Of a DNA stretch of 48,955 nt, positions 31,358-41,005 are shown piece by piece (position 1 is the stretch's first letter; each line of letters starts with the position of its first letter). This DNA comes from Sphingobium sp. Its GTDB lineage: Bacteria; Pseudomonadota; Alphaproteobacteria; Sphingomonadales; Sphingomonadaceae. The stretch is taken from contig JAHFPU010000001.1 in assembly GCA_023266635.1 (NCBI GenBank), positions 1 to 48,955 of the forward strand, written 5' to 3'. The position numbers were made by a program, and so were the translations under genes. The notes beneath the pieces were generated by a model, which saw nothing but the letters and a program-made list of their open reading frames with translations, did not search any database and was not told the DNA's origin.

Positions 31358-32605
31358 ATGAGTCAGACCGTCACCGACACCGCGCCCGCCCTGGCGAACG
31401 ACCGCGATCTTTTCTCCAAATTCGATCCGCTGATCGCCGAGCGCGAAGCCCTGCTCGCGACCGGCGTGCGCGATCCGTTCGCGATCGTCATGGACGAAGT
31501 GAAGTCCCCGACCCTTGCCGTCATCAAGGGCCAGGAAACGATCCTGCTCGGCACCTACAATTATATGGGCATGACCTTTGATCCGGACGTGGTCGCCGCA
31601 GGCAAGAAGGCGCTGGACGAATTCGGCGCAGGCACCACGGGCAGCCGCGTTCTCAACGGCACCTATCAGGGCCATCGCGAAGTCGAGGATGCGCTCAAGG
31701 AATTTTACGGCACCTCGTCGGCGATGGTGTTCTCGACCGGCTATCAGGCCAATCTTGGCATGATCTCGACGCTGGCGGGCCGGGGCGATTATGTCATCCT
31801 GGACGCCGACAGCCATGCCTCCATCTATGATGGCTGCTTCCTGGGCGACGCGGAGATCGTCCGCTTCCGCCACAACAGCGTCGAAGACCTGGACAAGCGC
31901 CTTGGCCGCCTGCCCGCCGAAGCGCTGAAGCTGGTGGTGCTTGAGGGCGTCTATTCGATGCTCGGCGACGTCGCCCCGCTGCCCGAGATGGTGGCGGCCG
32001 TACGCAAGCACGCCAATTGCATGATCCTGGTCGACGAAGCGCATGGCATGGGCTTCTTCGGCGCGAACGGCCGTGGCGTTTATGAGGAGCAGGGCGTCGA
32101 GAAGGACGTCGATTTCATCGTCGGCACCTTCTCCAAGTCGGTCGGCACCGTCGGCGGCTTCTGCGTGTCGAACCATCCCAAGTTCGAGGTGATGCGCCTC
32201 GTCTGCCGCCCCTATGTCTTCACCGCCTCGCTGCCGCCCAGCGTCGTGGCGACCGCCGCGACATCGATCCGCAAGCTGATGCATGCGGGCGAGAAGCGCG
32301 CGCATCTGTGGAAGAACAGCCAGCGCCTGCACAAGGGCCTGACGGACCTCGGCTTCACGCTCGGCACCAAGACGCCCCAGTCCGCAATCATCGCTGTGAT
32401 CCTGACGGACCAGACGCAGGCCGTCGCCATCTGGCAGGCTTTGCTTGAGCTTGGGCTCTATGTGAACATGGCCCGCCCACCAGCCACGCCAGCCGGCACC
32501 TTCCTTCTGCGCTGCTCACTATGCGCTGAGCACTCCGACGAGCAAGTGACTCAAATCATTGGCATGTTTGAGGCCGCAGGCAAGGCCGTCGGCGCCATCG
32601 CCTGA
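31358..32605 (+). CDS. spt: Serine palmitoyltransferase
   Basis: Alpha-oxoamine synthase motifs GTYNYMG, GSRVLNGT, SHAS, DEAH and GTFSKSVG. DLFSKF N-terminus as in Sphingomonas SPT; ACP adjacent. Confidence 0.93.
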   Translation: MSQTVTDTAPALANDRDLFSKFDPLIAEREALLATGVRDPFAIVMDEVKSPTLAVIKGQETILLGTYNYMGMTFDPDVVAAGKKALDEFGAGTTGSRVLNGTYQGHREVEDALKEFYGTSSAMVFSTGYQANLGMISTLAGRGDYVILDADSHASIYDGCFLGDAEIVRFRHNSVEDLDKRLGRLPAEALKLVVLEGVYSMLGDVAPLPEMVAAVRKHANCMILVDEAHGMGFFGANGRGVYEEQGVEKDVDFIVGTFSKSVGTVGGFCVSNHPKFEVMRLVCRPYVFTASLPPSVVATAATSIRKLMHAGEKRAHLWKNSQRLHKGLTDLGFTLGTKTPQSAIIAVILTDQTQAVAIWQALLELGLYVNMARPPATPAGTFLLRCSLCAEHSDEQVTQIIGMFEAAGKAVGAIA

Positions 32606-32695
32606 TCGTTACGTTAGCGTCGAATTGACTCTCTCCGGAGACGGATTGAAGCGCCTTCTTCCCCCGCGCGGCATTCTGGATTAGATTGCAAGCAG

Positions 32696-34693
32696 ATGGA
32701 CAGGTTTTCGATCTTCGGCGATGAGGAGATTCCGGCATGGCTGGAAAAGCTTCAGCGCGCCCTGCCTCTCCTTCTCGGCGTCCCGCTCATCCTGGCGTTG
32801 GGCGGTTTGCTGTACATCGCAAGCACCGCATCGACCGAACGCGACAAGGCGCTTGCCTGGCAGCAGCATAGCTATGAGGTCATCACCCTCGCACGCCGTC
32901 TGGACGGTTCGATGGCGAAGGCGGAAAGCAGCCTGGCGCGCTATGTGATCAGCCTCGACCCCGACACCGGCCGCCTGTTCCAGTCGCAATGGCGTGGCGC
33001 AGGCGCGGAGTTGGACGCCCTCGCCTTCTCGACCCGCGATGACGAGCATCAGCGGATGCTGGTCCAGCATTTGCGCGACGCCTATATGGATCGCGGCAAG
33101 ACCCTCAACGAGATTGGCCTGCGCACCACCTATGATCAGCGCATGGGCGCGCTCGCGCAGTTCCATGCGGCCGGCAAGGCGGAAAACCTCCAGCGTATCA
33201 ACGGCCTGCTGCGCGACGTTATCAATACGGAGAATGCGCGCCTGCGCGAACGCAGCGCCGCCGTCAGCCAATCCAACAGCCGCAACGACAATCTGGCCTA
33301 TACCTACAAGCTGGTCGGACTGGTCCTTGTCGTGGGCGGCCTGTTCGCGGCGTGGGCGGCCAACGCCGCACTCAACGATCGCCGCTTTGCGCGCAGGCTC
33401 GCGGATTCAGAGGCGCAGCGCGCATGGAGCCTAGAGGCCGCCGTCGCCACCCGCACGGCAGAGCTTCAGGATGCCAACCGCATGCTGCATCAGGAGGCGC
33501 TGGACCGCGCCGCCGCCGAAGAAAGCCTGCGCCAGATGCAGAAGATGGAGGCGGTCGGTCAACTTACCGGCGGCATCGCGCATGATTTCAACAATATGCT
33601 CGCCGTCGTTGTCGGTGGCCTTGAACTGGCGCGGCGCAAGCTGCGTGAGGAGCCGGCGGATGCCGAACGGCATATGGACAATGCCATGGAGGGTGCGAAC
33701 CGCGCCTCCGCCCTTACCCGCCGCCTGCTGGCTTTCGCCCGTTCCGAACCGCTGCTGCCTTCGGCCGTCAGCGCGGACAAGCTGATCACCGGCATGGTCG
33801 ACTTGGTCGACCGCACGATCGGTGACCAGATCCGTGTCGAACTGCACAAGGATGCCGGCGGCTGGGCGATCTTCGTCGATCGGCACCAGATGGAAAACGC
33901 CATCCTCAACCTGTGCGTCAATGCGCGCGACGCGATGGAGGGACGCGGCGTCCTGACCATCGCGACCAGCCGCGCTACGCTGGAGGAAGGCGAGATCGGC
34001 GAATGTCCCGAAGGCGACTATGTCATGCTGTCGGTCGGCGATGCCGGTTGCGGCATGACGCCCGAGGTGCTCGCCCGCGTCTTCGAGCCCTTCTTCACCA
34101 CCAAGCCGATCGGCAAGGGCACCGGCCTTGGCCTCAGCCAGATTTTCGGTTTCGTACGCCAATGCAACGGCGAGATCCGTATCCTGTCCCAGCCCGGCCA
34201 GGGTACGCAGGTCCAACTGTTCCTGCCACGTCGCGTCGTCGAGGGAGAGGGCAGCGCGCCCATCACCCTTTCGCCCGCCGAATCGGAAAGCACGGACCAA
34301 CCGCCCACCCGCATCCTGGTCGTCGAGGATGATCCCCGCGTTCTGGCCCAGACCATCGACGCGCTGGCGGAACTGGGGCATCTGCCCATCGGCTGCGACC
34401 ATCCCGCCCGCGCGACCGACATGCTCGTCAAGCATCGCGACATCGGTCTTGTCATCACCGATGTGCTGATGCCCGAAATGACCGGACCGGAAATGGTGCG
34501 TCAATGGGCCGATGAGTTCCAGCATCTGCCGGTGCTGTTCGTCACCGGCTATGCCGGCGATGTCGAGGACAGCGCCATGTTCCGGGGTCATCCAGTTCTG
34601 CGAAAGCCGTTCACCCTGGGCGGCCTGTCCGCCGCCATCAGTCAGGCGATCACCGGATCGCACCGCTCCGAAACAGCCGCGGCAGCAGAGTGA
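32696..34693 (+). CDS. Hybrid sensor histidine kinase (CHASE3-like periplasmic domain, HisKA, HATPase, REC)
   Basis: Two TMs, GGIAHDFNN, NARDAM, FEPFFTTK, GTGLGL and REC motifs (VEDD, DVLMP, KPF). Confidence 0.93.
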   Translation: MDRFSIFGDEEIPAWLEKLQRALPLLLGVPLILALGGLLYIASTASTERDKALAWQQHSYEVITLARRLDGSMAKAESSLARYVISLDPDTGRLFQSQWRGAGAELDALAFSTRDDEHQRMLVQHLRDAYMDRGKTLNEIGLRTTYDQRMGALAQFHAAGKAENLQRINGLLRDVINTENARLRERSAAVSQSNSRNDNLAYTYKLVGLVLVVGGLFAAWAANAALNDRRFARRLADSEAQRAWSLEAAVATRTAELQDANRMLHQEALDRAAAEESLRQMQKMEAVGQLTGGIAHDFNNMLAVVVGGLELARRKLREEPADAERHMDNAMEGANRASALTRRLLAFARSEPLLPSAVSADKLITGMVDLVDRTIGDQIRVELHKDAGGWAIFVDRHQMENAILNLCVNARDAMEGRGVLTIATSRATLEEGEIGECPEGDYVMLSVGDAGCGMTPEVLARVFEPFFTTKPIGKGTGLGLSQIFGFVRQCNGEIRILSQPGQGTQVQLFLPRRVVEGEGSAPITLSPAESESTDQPPTRILVVEDDPRVLAQTIDALAELGHLPIGCDHPARATDMLVKHRDIGLVITDVLMPEMTGPEMVRQWADEFQHLPVLFVTGYAGDVEDSAMFRGHPVLRKPFTLGGLSAAISQAITGSHRSETAAAAE

Positions 34694-35558
34694 TCGCTCC
34701 GGCAAGCGGCCAGCGCCGTTGCCAGGGCTTTATCGCAATCTTCGTGCCCGCGTGCCGGTTGATCTTCCACGCCAGATAATCAATGCCGCCGGCAAAGGTG
34801 AAGCTGGCCTTGATGAGGCGCAGGACGACCGTGCGCTTTCCGCGACGCTGCATCCTCCGCCATCCGGCGCGCGCGCCTTCGCGCGTCTCAATCGTATTGG
34901 CGACTGGCGACCGACCCACAACCTCTCTCACGGCAACACCGAACCGGTGATACCGCTCCGGATCAGCATCGACGATCGATCCCGGTCGCGCAGCTCGCTC
35001 GGCGCGCAGTTCGGCGCCATAGGTCAGGCCAAACCCGGCGCGCCAGACCGCCAGCGGATCGGCCTCCGCCTCTCCCGGCTCCATCGTCGGCTCCGTCAAT
35101 GCCACTAACGTCGGCGCGGCCAACGCGACGCTGGCGCAGGCATTGCTCCGCGCCTGGTCGTCGGCTGCCCATATCAGTCGGGACGGTTGAGCGAAGCGAG
35201 CCCAAACCGAAGGATCGGGCGCGCTAAGGCTACACAGTCGCGCAAAGTCCGCTTCGCTCAGCACCGCATATTTGGAGATCAGCCCCTCATGCTCGAACGG
35301 GAACACGTTGGGCGGGATCAGCCGGTTGGCGCTTGCCAGCCAACGCTTCCCATAGGCCGCGCGATAGTCCGACACGATCAGGTAGAAATCGAGCATCAGC
35401 CCGTCGAGATTCTTCTCCCGCAGGCATGAACCGTAGAACAGCACCGCCCGCGCCGCGCCGGGATACTGCGCGGCCAACGCCACCGCCATCGCAACGGCGC
35501 GGGGATCAGCCGGCTCGGCGAGTTCTGCGGCGACGAGGGTTTGGATTGAAACTGCCAT
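34650..35558 (-). CDS. Tam41-like nucleotidyltransferase-fold protein (Caulobacter CCNA_01219-type by context)
   Basis: FYGS...MLDFYLIV, KYAVLS, WARFAQP and LTYGAELR resemble Tam41/Mmp37 motifs. It lies downstream of the ceramide-kinase-like gene. Start at ATG 35558. Confidence 0.7.
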   Translation of the reverse strand: MAVSIQTLVAAELAEPADPRAVAMAVALAAQYPGAARAVLFYGSCLREKNLDGLMLDFYLIVSDYRAAYGKRWLASANRLIPPNVFPFEHEGLISKYAVLSEADFARLCSLSAPDPSVWARFAQPSRLIWAADDQARSNACASVALAAPTLVALTEPTMEPGEAEADPLAVWRAGFGLTYGAELRAERAARPGSIVDADPERYHRFGVAVREVVGRSPVANTIETREGARAGWRRMQRRGKRTVVLRLIKASFTFAGGIDYLAWKINRHAGTKIAIKPWQRRWPLAGAITLLPRLFRSGAIR

Positions 35559-35568
35559 TGCCCTTCCA

Positions 35569-35646
35569 CCGTTCGGGCTGAGCTTGTCGAAGCCCTGCAC
35601 TTTCTTGAAGAAAAAGACAGCCCTTCGACAAGCTCAGGGCGAACGG
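35569..35646. repeat. REP-like doublet (CCGTTCG family) inside the kinase operon
   Basis: CCGTTCGGGCTGAGCTTGTCGAAG ... CTTCGACAAGCTCAGGGCGAACGG. Confidence 0.85.
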
Positions 35647-35662
35647 AAAAGAACGTTACCGC

Positions 35663-36631
35663 TTAAGCAGCCAACCGCAAAAACGGCACCGGCGTCGTCG
35701 AGCGCAGCACGATGGGATAGCCTTCGCTCGCCTCGAACAGTTCGCCATCTAGGATCACGCTGCTGCGGACGCCCTCGATGCGGATCGTGTCACCCTGTTC
35801 CAGATGAATGCCCTGCATGCGCCGCGTGCCGAACCGGCCGGACAGGATGGCAAAGACAGCCCGGAACAGCGCCGGGCCATTCTGGTCGACCGCCATCAGC
35901 TTCATGCTGCCCCGCGCATCCTCCGTCGTCCGCGCGCCCAGCAATAGCCGTTCGAGCGTCGTGACGATCAGCACCGTGAAACGCCCTGCAAGCTGCCCCT
36001 CTCGGATCAACGAGATGGAGACCGGCTGGGTCGCGGGCGGCATATATTTACCCCGGATGCCAAACAACAGCGAGAGCACCACAGCAATCGCCGTCAGGAT
36101 ATGGCTCAGGGTGTTGGACAGGCCAAGCGGATAGATTTTGTTCCGGCAATAGAGGATGTAGTCGGCCAGACCCGCCCCGCCCAGGAACATGCCCAGCACC
36201 GGCCGGCTGCCCACCTGCCCATCGGTCAGCGCAATCAGTTCGCGCGCCACGACATGCTTGTCGATACCGGTCTTGGCGATCTCGACGATCCGCTCAAGCG
36301 CCTTGATGGGGTCGCCATGAATACCAAGGTCAAGGGCGATCAGGTTGGTCTTGCCATTGGGCAGGACCGCGATCGGCGGCACCTTGTCGGCGAAATGTTC
36401 GCCCTGATACAGTTCGGTCAACGCCGCCTGCACCGTGCCGTCGCCGCCATTGATGACGATGACGGCGGGTTCGACCCGCGCAATGGTCTGTAATGCACGG
36501 CCGATCTGATCGACATGCTCCACCTCATAGTGGAAGATGTCGGGATTGTTGGCGCAAAAGGTGCGGACGCGCGGCAGCGATTGCCGGTTGCCGGTCGACT
36601 TGGGATTGGACAGGAGCGCCACGCAGACCAT
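35663..36631 (-). CDS. cpgB: DAGK/sphingosine-kinase family lipid kinase, probable ceramide kinase
   Basis: NPKS, GGDGT, LPNGKTN and LDGE motifs. It lies inside the spt/bCerS locus. Confidence 0.75.
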   Translation of the reverse strand: MVCVALLSNPKSTGNRQSLPRVRTFCANNPDIFHYEVEHVDQIGRALQTIARVEPAVIVINGGDGTVQAALTELYQGEHFADKVPPIAVLPNGKTNLIALDLGIHGDPIKALERIVEIAKTGIDKHVVARELIALTDGQVGSRPVLGMFLGGAGLADYILYCRNKIYPLGLSNTLSHILTAIAVVLSLLFGIRGKYMPPATQPVSISLIREGQLAGRFTVLIVTTLERLLLGARTTEDARGSMKLMAVDQNGPALFRAVFAILSGRFGTRRMQGIHLEQGDTIRIEGVRSSVILDGELFEASEGYPIVLRSTTPVPFLRLAA

Positions 36632-36652
36632 ATTTTTGCCGTAATCCTCCCG

Positions 36653-37180
36653 TCAGGCGCCGATGGGCTTGAAACTAAGACCCTGCACATAATTGAGCAC
36701 GACCCTGATTTCCGCCGTCGACCCGCCGACCGTAAATTTGGTTTTGTTGAGATCCGGCTTCCGCTTGAAGGCGAGGTCCATCAGGCTGACCGAGGGGTTG
36801 CCCGAAAAGCCGCCGCCGTCGCTACGGTTGCTGCTCTCGCCCTTGCCCTCGACATAATGGCGGACATAGAGCGCGTAGTTGCCCGGCTTAGGCACGGAAA
36901 CGCACACGTTCATCGCGCCCGCCTTCGTCACCGGCACCTCGATTCGCTCGACATACTGCTTCTTTTCGAGGAACGTCTTGGGGTTGGCTTCGTATAGCTG
37001 GACACGCAGCACGCCGGAGCGCGTCTTGAATCCTTCTACCTGCACCAGCACCGCAGAGCCGTTGCTCTCACACACGCCAGCCTGCGGACCAATGGCCGCG
37101 GCACCGGCAACGGCCGGTGAACCTGCCATTGCAAGCGCTGCGAGCGCCGCCACTTTTGGCAGATCTGAAAAATTCGACAT
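36653..37180 (-). CDS. DUF2141 exported protein
   Basis: Signal peptide, G.LRVQLY, PGNYALYVRH and DGGGFSGNP. Start at ATG 37180. Confidence 0.85.
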   Translation of the reverse strand: MSNFSDLPKVAALAALAMAGSPAVAGAAAIGPQAGVCESNGSAVLVQVEGFKTRSGVLRVQLYEANPKTFLEKKQYVERIEVPVTKAGAMNVCVSVPKPGNYALYVRHYVEGKGESSNRSDGGGFSGNPSVSLMDLAFKRKPDLNKTKFTVGGSTAEIRVVLNYVQGLSFKPIGA

Positions 37181-37316
37181 GACCAACACTCTCCTGGAAG
37201 CTATAGCCCGCCCGGCATGGCGTTTCCCAAACCGGTACAGACGAGCCCCTGTTCGCCCCGTACGGTTGATATGGGCGGGGTTTGCGGCCAAAACATGGTG
37301 ATGGGACGACCACATA

Positions 37317-38525
37317 TTGAATTTCCTGACCGCCACTGACCGTTACATCGCCCGGCTGATCGCCGTTCCCCTCATTGGCACGCTGGTGATCTCCGCCATG
37401 CTGCTGGTGCTGGACAAGATGTTGCGCCTGTTCGATTTCGTCGCGGCGGAGGGAGGACCGGTCAGCGTGGTCTGGCGCATGCTCGCCAATATGCTGCCCG
37501 AATATCTCTCGCTCGGCATTCCGATCGGCCTGATGCTGGGCATCCTCCTTGCCTTCCGCAAGCTGGCCCTGTCATCGGAACTGGACGTGTTTCGCGCCGT
37601 CGGCCTCTCCTATGGCCGGCTGCTGCGCGTGCCCTATATGTATGCCGTTGCCCTCGCGCTGGTGAACCTCGCCATCGTCGGCTTCGTCCAGCCCTATGCC
37701 CGCTATGCCTATGAGGGCCTGCGGTTCGAGCTGCGCTCCGGCGCGCTGGGCGCATCGATAAAGGTCGGCGAGTTCACGACGCTCGGCAAGAAAATGACCA
37801 TGCGGATCGAGCAGAGCAAGGACAATGGCCGCAATCTGCAGGGCATCTTCGTGCGCGCCAACGGCAAGGACGGGCAGACGCTGGCCGTCACCGCCGCGCA
37901 AGGCACGTTCCTCGCGACTGACGATCCCGACACGATCATCTTCCGCCTGCATAACGGCGTCCTCGTCCATGACGCGCCCAAATATAAGACGCCCCGGATC
38001 CTGAGCTTCTCCAGCCACGACCTGCCCATCGACCTGCCGCAGATCGAGAATTTCCGCGGCCGTGGCGACGCGGATCGGGAACTAACGATTCCGGAACTGG
38101 TCCGCGTGGGCAAGGAGCCGAAATCCAGTCCCGCCCTGCGCGCGGAGGTCCGCTCCAACTTCCACTTCCGCCTGGTCGAGGTGGCGATGATGCTCTTGCT
38201 ACCGCTGGCCGCGCTGGCCTTCGCCATTCCGCCCAAGCGATCGACATCGGCGCTGGGCGTGTTCCTCTCGATCGTCTTCATCGTGACCTATCACAAGATC
38301 AACGAATATGGCGAAGCGGTGGGCGCGCTCGGCAAGATCAACCCGATCCTCGCCCTGTGGGTGCCGTTCTGCTGCGTCGCCGCGCTGATCCTGTGGATGT
38401 ATCATGTCGTCGCCCATCGCCCGGGCGGCCAGCCGATCGGCGCGCTGGAATATGCCTTTGCCAAGATCGGCGTGCGGTTCGCGAAATTCTTCCGCTTCGG
38501 CCGCCGGCCGGCAAACGCGTCGTAG
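37317..38525 (+). CDS. lptF: LptF-family permease (sphingolipid-locus copy)
   Basis: DRYIAR and SSELDVFRAVGLS; topology of 3 TM, periplasmic domain, 3 TM. Confidence 0.88.
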   Translation: MNFLTATDRYIARLIAVPLIGTLVISAMLLVLDKMLRLFDFVAAEGGPVSVVWRMLANMLPEYLSLGIPIGLMLGILLAFRKLALSSELDVFRAVGLSYGRLLRVPYMYAVALALVNLAIVGFVQPYARYAYEGLRFELRSGALGASIKVGEFTTLGKKMTMRIEQSKDNGRNLQGIFVRANGKDGQTLAVTAAQGTFLATDDPDTIIFRLHNGVLVHDAPKYKTPRILSFSSHDLPIDLPQIENFRGRGDADRELTIPELVRVGKEPKSSPALRAEVRSNFHFRLVEVAMMLLLPLAALAFAIPPKRSTSALGVFLSIVFIVTYHKINEYGEAVGALGKINPILALWVPFCCVAALILWMYHVVAHRPGGQPIGALEYAFAKIGVRFAKFFRFGRRPANAS

Positions 38526-38534
38526 GGGCGGATC

Positions 38535-39638
38535 ATGCAGTGGCAATTCTTCCCCTCCCGGACCGTCGCGCTCTATATGGGCAAGCTGTTCCTGACCCGC
38601 AGCTTTGCGGTGCTGGCGCTGCTCGTGCTGGTGCTCCAGACGCTCGACCTGCTTGGCGAATCGGGCAATGTGCTGGCCTATAAGGGCAATGGCGACGCGC
38701 AATTGTGGCATTATGTCATGCTGCGCCTGCCCCAGATCATCGCCCGCTTCCTGCCCTTCGCGGTGCTGCTCGGCACGCTCATCACCCTGGCGACGCTGAA
38801 CCAGAATAGCGAGGTGATCGCCATGAAGGCCGCGGGCCTGTCCGCGCACCAGATCCTAGCGCCGCTGATCGTCGTCGCCATCGGCATTGCGGGCGTCAGC
38901 TTCGTCTTCAACGACCGGATCGTATCGCCGTCGACAGCAGCACTCGATGCTTGGGAAGGCGTTGAATATGGTCCCATCCCTACCGACAGCGGCGTCAAGA
39001 CCAACGCCTGGGTCAGGGACGGCAACAACCTGATCAACGCCGGGATCATCGCCGGGCGCGCCAAGGCGACGCAGCTGCGCAACATCACCATCTTCAACCG
39101 CGTCGACAACACGCTGATCAGCATCATTCAGGCCCCCCGCGCCCATTTCGATGCGCAGGCCGGCAAAGGCTGGGTGATCGAGGACGCGCAGCAGTTCGAC
39201 GTGACGCGCGGCACCGGCAAGCCGATCGGCACGATCCGCTTCGGTCCCGACATCCGGCCCGACCAGTTCACGCTGGCGAAGGTCGACGCCGATGGCCTGA
39301 CCGCCAATGAACTTGGCTCGGCCATTGCCGACCTGAAGGACGCCGGCCGGCCCACCTCCGCGCTGGAGGGCAGCATGTGGCACAAATTCTCCGGGCCCAT
39401 GTCGGCCGTGCTGATGCCGCTGCTGGGGTCCGTCGCCGCCTTCGGCCTTGCGCGGTCGGGCAAGCTGTTCATCCGCGCGGTCATCGGCATGGCGCTGGGC
39501 TTCACCTATTTCGTGGCGGACAATTTCGCCCTCGCCATGGGTAACCTCGGGGCATACCCGCCCTTCATGGCCGCATGGGCGCCGTTCCTGCTGTTCCTGC
39601 TGGTCGGCGAAACCGTGCTGATCCGAACGGAAGAATAG
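38535..39638 (+). CDS. lptG: LptG-family permease (sphingolipid-locus copy)
   Basis: NSEVIAMKAAGLS and PPFMAAWAP. It follows lptF. Confidence 0.88.
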   Translation: MQWQFFPSRTVALYMGKLFLTRSFAVLALLVLVLQTLDLLGESGNVLAYKGNGDAQLWHYVMLRLPQIIARFLPFAVLLGTLITLATLNQNSEVIAMKAAGLSAHQILAPLIVVAIGIAGVSFVFNDRIVSPSTAALDAWEGVEYGPIPTDSGVKTNAWVRDGNNLINAGIIAGRAKATQLRNITIFNRVDNTLISIIQAPRAHFDAQAGKGWVIEDAQQFDVTRGTGKPIGTIRFGPDIRPDQFTLAKVDADGLTANELGSAIADLKDAGRPTSALEGSMWHKFSGPMSAVLMPLLGSVAAFGLARSGKLFIRAVIGMALGFTYFVADNFALAMGNLGAYPPFMAAWAPFLLFLLVGETVLIRTEE

Positions 39639-39707
39639 AAGGGTCTTTCTTTTCCCCGGAAAGAAACTAGAGCCCGTCCAACGCTTCAGCGCGAACCGGG
39701 AGGCTTC

Positions 39708-40856
39708 ATGTCCGTTACCGTCACCCCCGTATCCGGAAAGGCCGATCTGAAGGCCTTTGTCGACCTGCCCTGGACCATCTACGCGAACGATCCCAACTGG
39801 GTCGCGCCGCTGAAGAGCGAGGTCTATGGCCTCATCACGCCCGGCAAGAACCCCTTCTTCGAACATGCCGAGGCGCAATATTTCCTGGCCCGACGCGGGA
39901 CCGAAGTCACCGGCCGTGTCTCCGCGCATATCGACAGGCTGGCGCTGACGATCACGCCCGAACAGGGCATGGGGCCGGGCACCGGCAATTTCGGCCTGTT
40001 CGAGGCGAAGGACGCTGAAACCGCCGCCGCCCTGATCGCCACGGCGGAGGACTGGCTGCGCGCCAAGGGCATGACCCGGTCGCTCGGGCCGCTCTCGCTG
40101 TCCATCTGGGAGGAGCCGGGCCTGCTGATCGAGGGGCATGACCATCCCCCCACGGTCATGATGGGCCACAACAGCGCCGCCTATCAGCCCTGGATAGAGT
40201 CGGCGGGCTATGCCCCGGTCAAGCAGCTCAAGACCTATGATCTCGACATCACCAAGAGCTTCCCGCCGCTGATCCAGCGCATCGTCCAGTCGGGCGAGAA
40301 GAACCCCCGCATCCGCATCCGCAAGGTCGACAAGTCGAAATTCGACAAGGAGGCTGCGATCATCCTGGGCATCCTCAACGACGCCTGGGGCCGCAACTGG
40401 GGCTTCGTGCCGATCACCGACAGCGAGGTCGCCTTCACCGGCAAGAAGCTGAAGCCCATCGTGTTCGAGGACCTGATCATGGTCGCCGAACTGGACGGTG
40501 AGCCGGTCGCCTTCATGATGACCCTCCCCGACCTCAATGAGGCGATCAAACCGCTTAACGGCTCCCTCCTGCCCTTCGGCTGGGCGAAGCTGCTGCTATG
40601 GCTGCGCAAGCCCAAGGTCCGCACCATGCGCGTGCCGCTGATGGGCGTGGTGCAGAGACTGCAATCCTCCCGCATGGCGAGCCAGTTGGCCTTCATGATG
40701 ATCGAATGCATCCGCGTCGCCGCCATTACCGATTATGGCGCGACACGCGGCGAGATCGGCTGGGTCCTCGACGACAATCAGGGCATGAACGCCATCGCCG
40801 AAGCGATCGAGAGCAAGGTCAACAAGGTCTATCAGGTCTACGAAAAGACCTTGTAA
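39708..40856 (+). CDS. bcerS: GNAT-fold protein, probable bacterial ceramide synthase
   Basis: DPNWVAPL, NPFFEH, FGLFE, W..NWGFVP, LPDLNE and EIGWVLDDN. It lies downstream of lptFG in the spt locus, as in Caulobacter. Confidence 0.8.
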   Translation: MSVTVTPVSGKADLKAFVDLPWTIYANDPNWVAPLKSEVYGLITPGKNPFFEHAEAQYFLARRGTEVTGRVSAHIDRLALTITPEQGMGPGTGNFGLFEAKDAETAAALIATAEDWLRAKGMTRSLGPLSLSIWEEPGLLIEGHDHPPTVMMGHNSAAYQPWIESAGYAPVKQLKTYDLDITKSFPPLIQRIVQSGEKNPRIRIRKVDKSKFDKEAAIILGILNDAWGRNWGFVPITDSEVAFTGKKLKPIVFEDLIMVAELDGEPVAFMMTLPDLNEAIKPLNGSLLPFGWAKLLLWLRKPKVRTMRVPLMGVVQRLQSSRMASQLAFMMIECIRVAAITDYGATRGEIGWVLDDNQGMNAIAEAIESKVNKVYQVYEKTL

Positions 40857-40871
40857 GGTGCCTTATCTACT

Positions 40872-40991
40872 CCGTTCGTGCTGAGTAGGGACTGAGCTTG
40901 TCGAAGGCCCATATCGAAGCACCCGTGCGCCAAGCTCACATCCTTCGATACGCCATGTCGACTTCGCTCAATGGCTACTCAGGACGAACGG
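40872..40991. repeat. Composite/nested REP-like element (CCGTTCG family)
   Basis: Outer arms CCGTTCGTGCTGAGTAG / CTACTCAGGACGAACGG enclose further CTGAGCTTGTCGAAG and TCGACTTCGCTC units. Confidence 0.8.
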
Positions 40992-41005
40992 GTATCTCGT
41001 AGATC

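Noticed and set aside
31358-32605. spt as BioF, Kbl or HemA
   Set aside because: The SPT-type N-terminus and GTFSKSVG motif, plus the adjacent ACP and ceramide genes, favour SPT.
35559-35600. N-terminal extension MQGFDKLSPNGGR of the Tam41-like ORF
   Set aside because: It is translated from the REP element. An SD-like GGAAGG supports the ATG at 35558.
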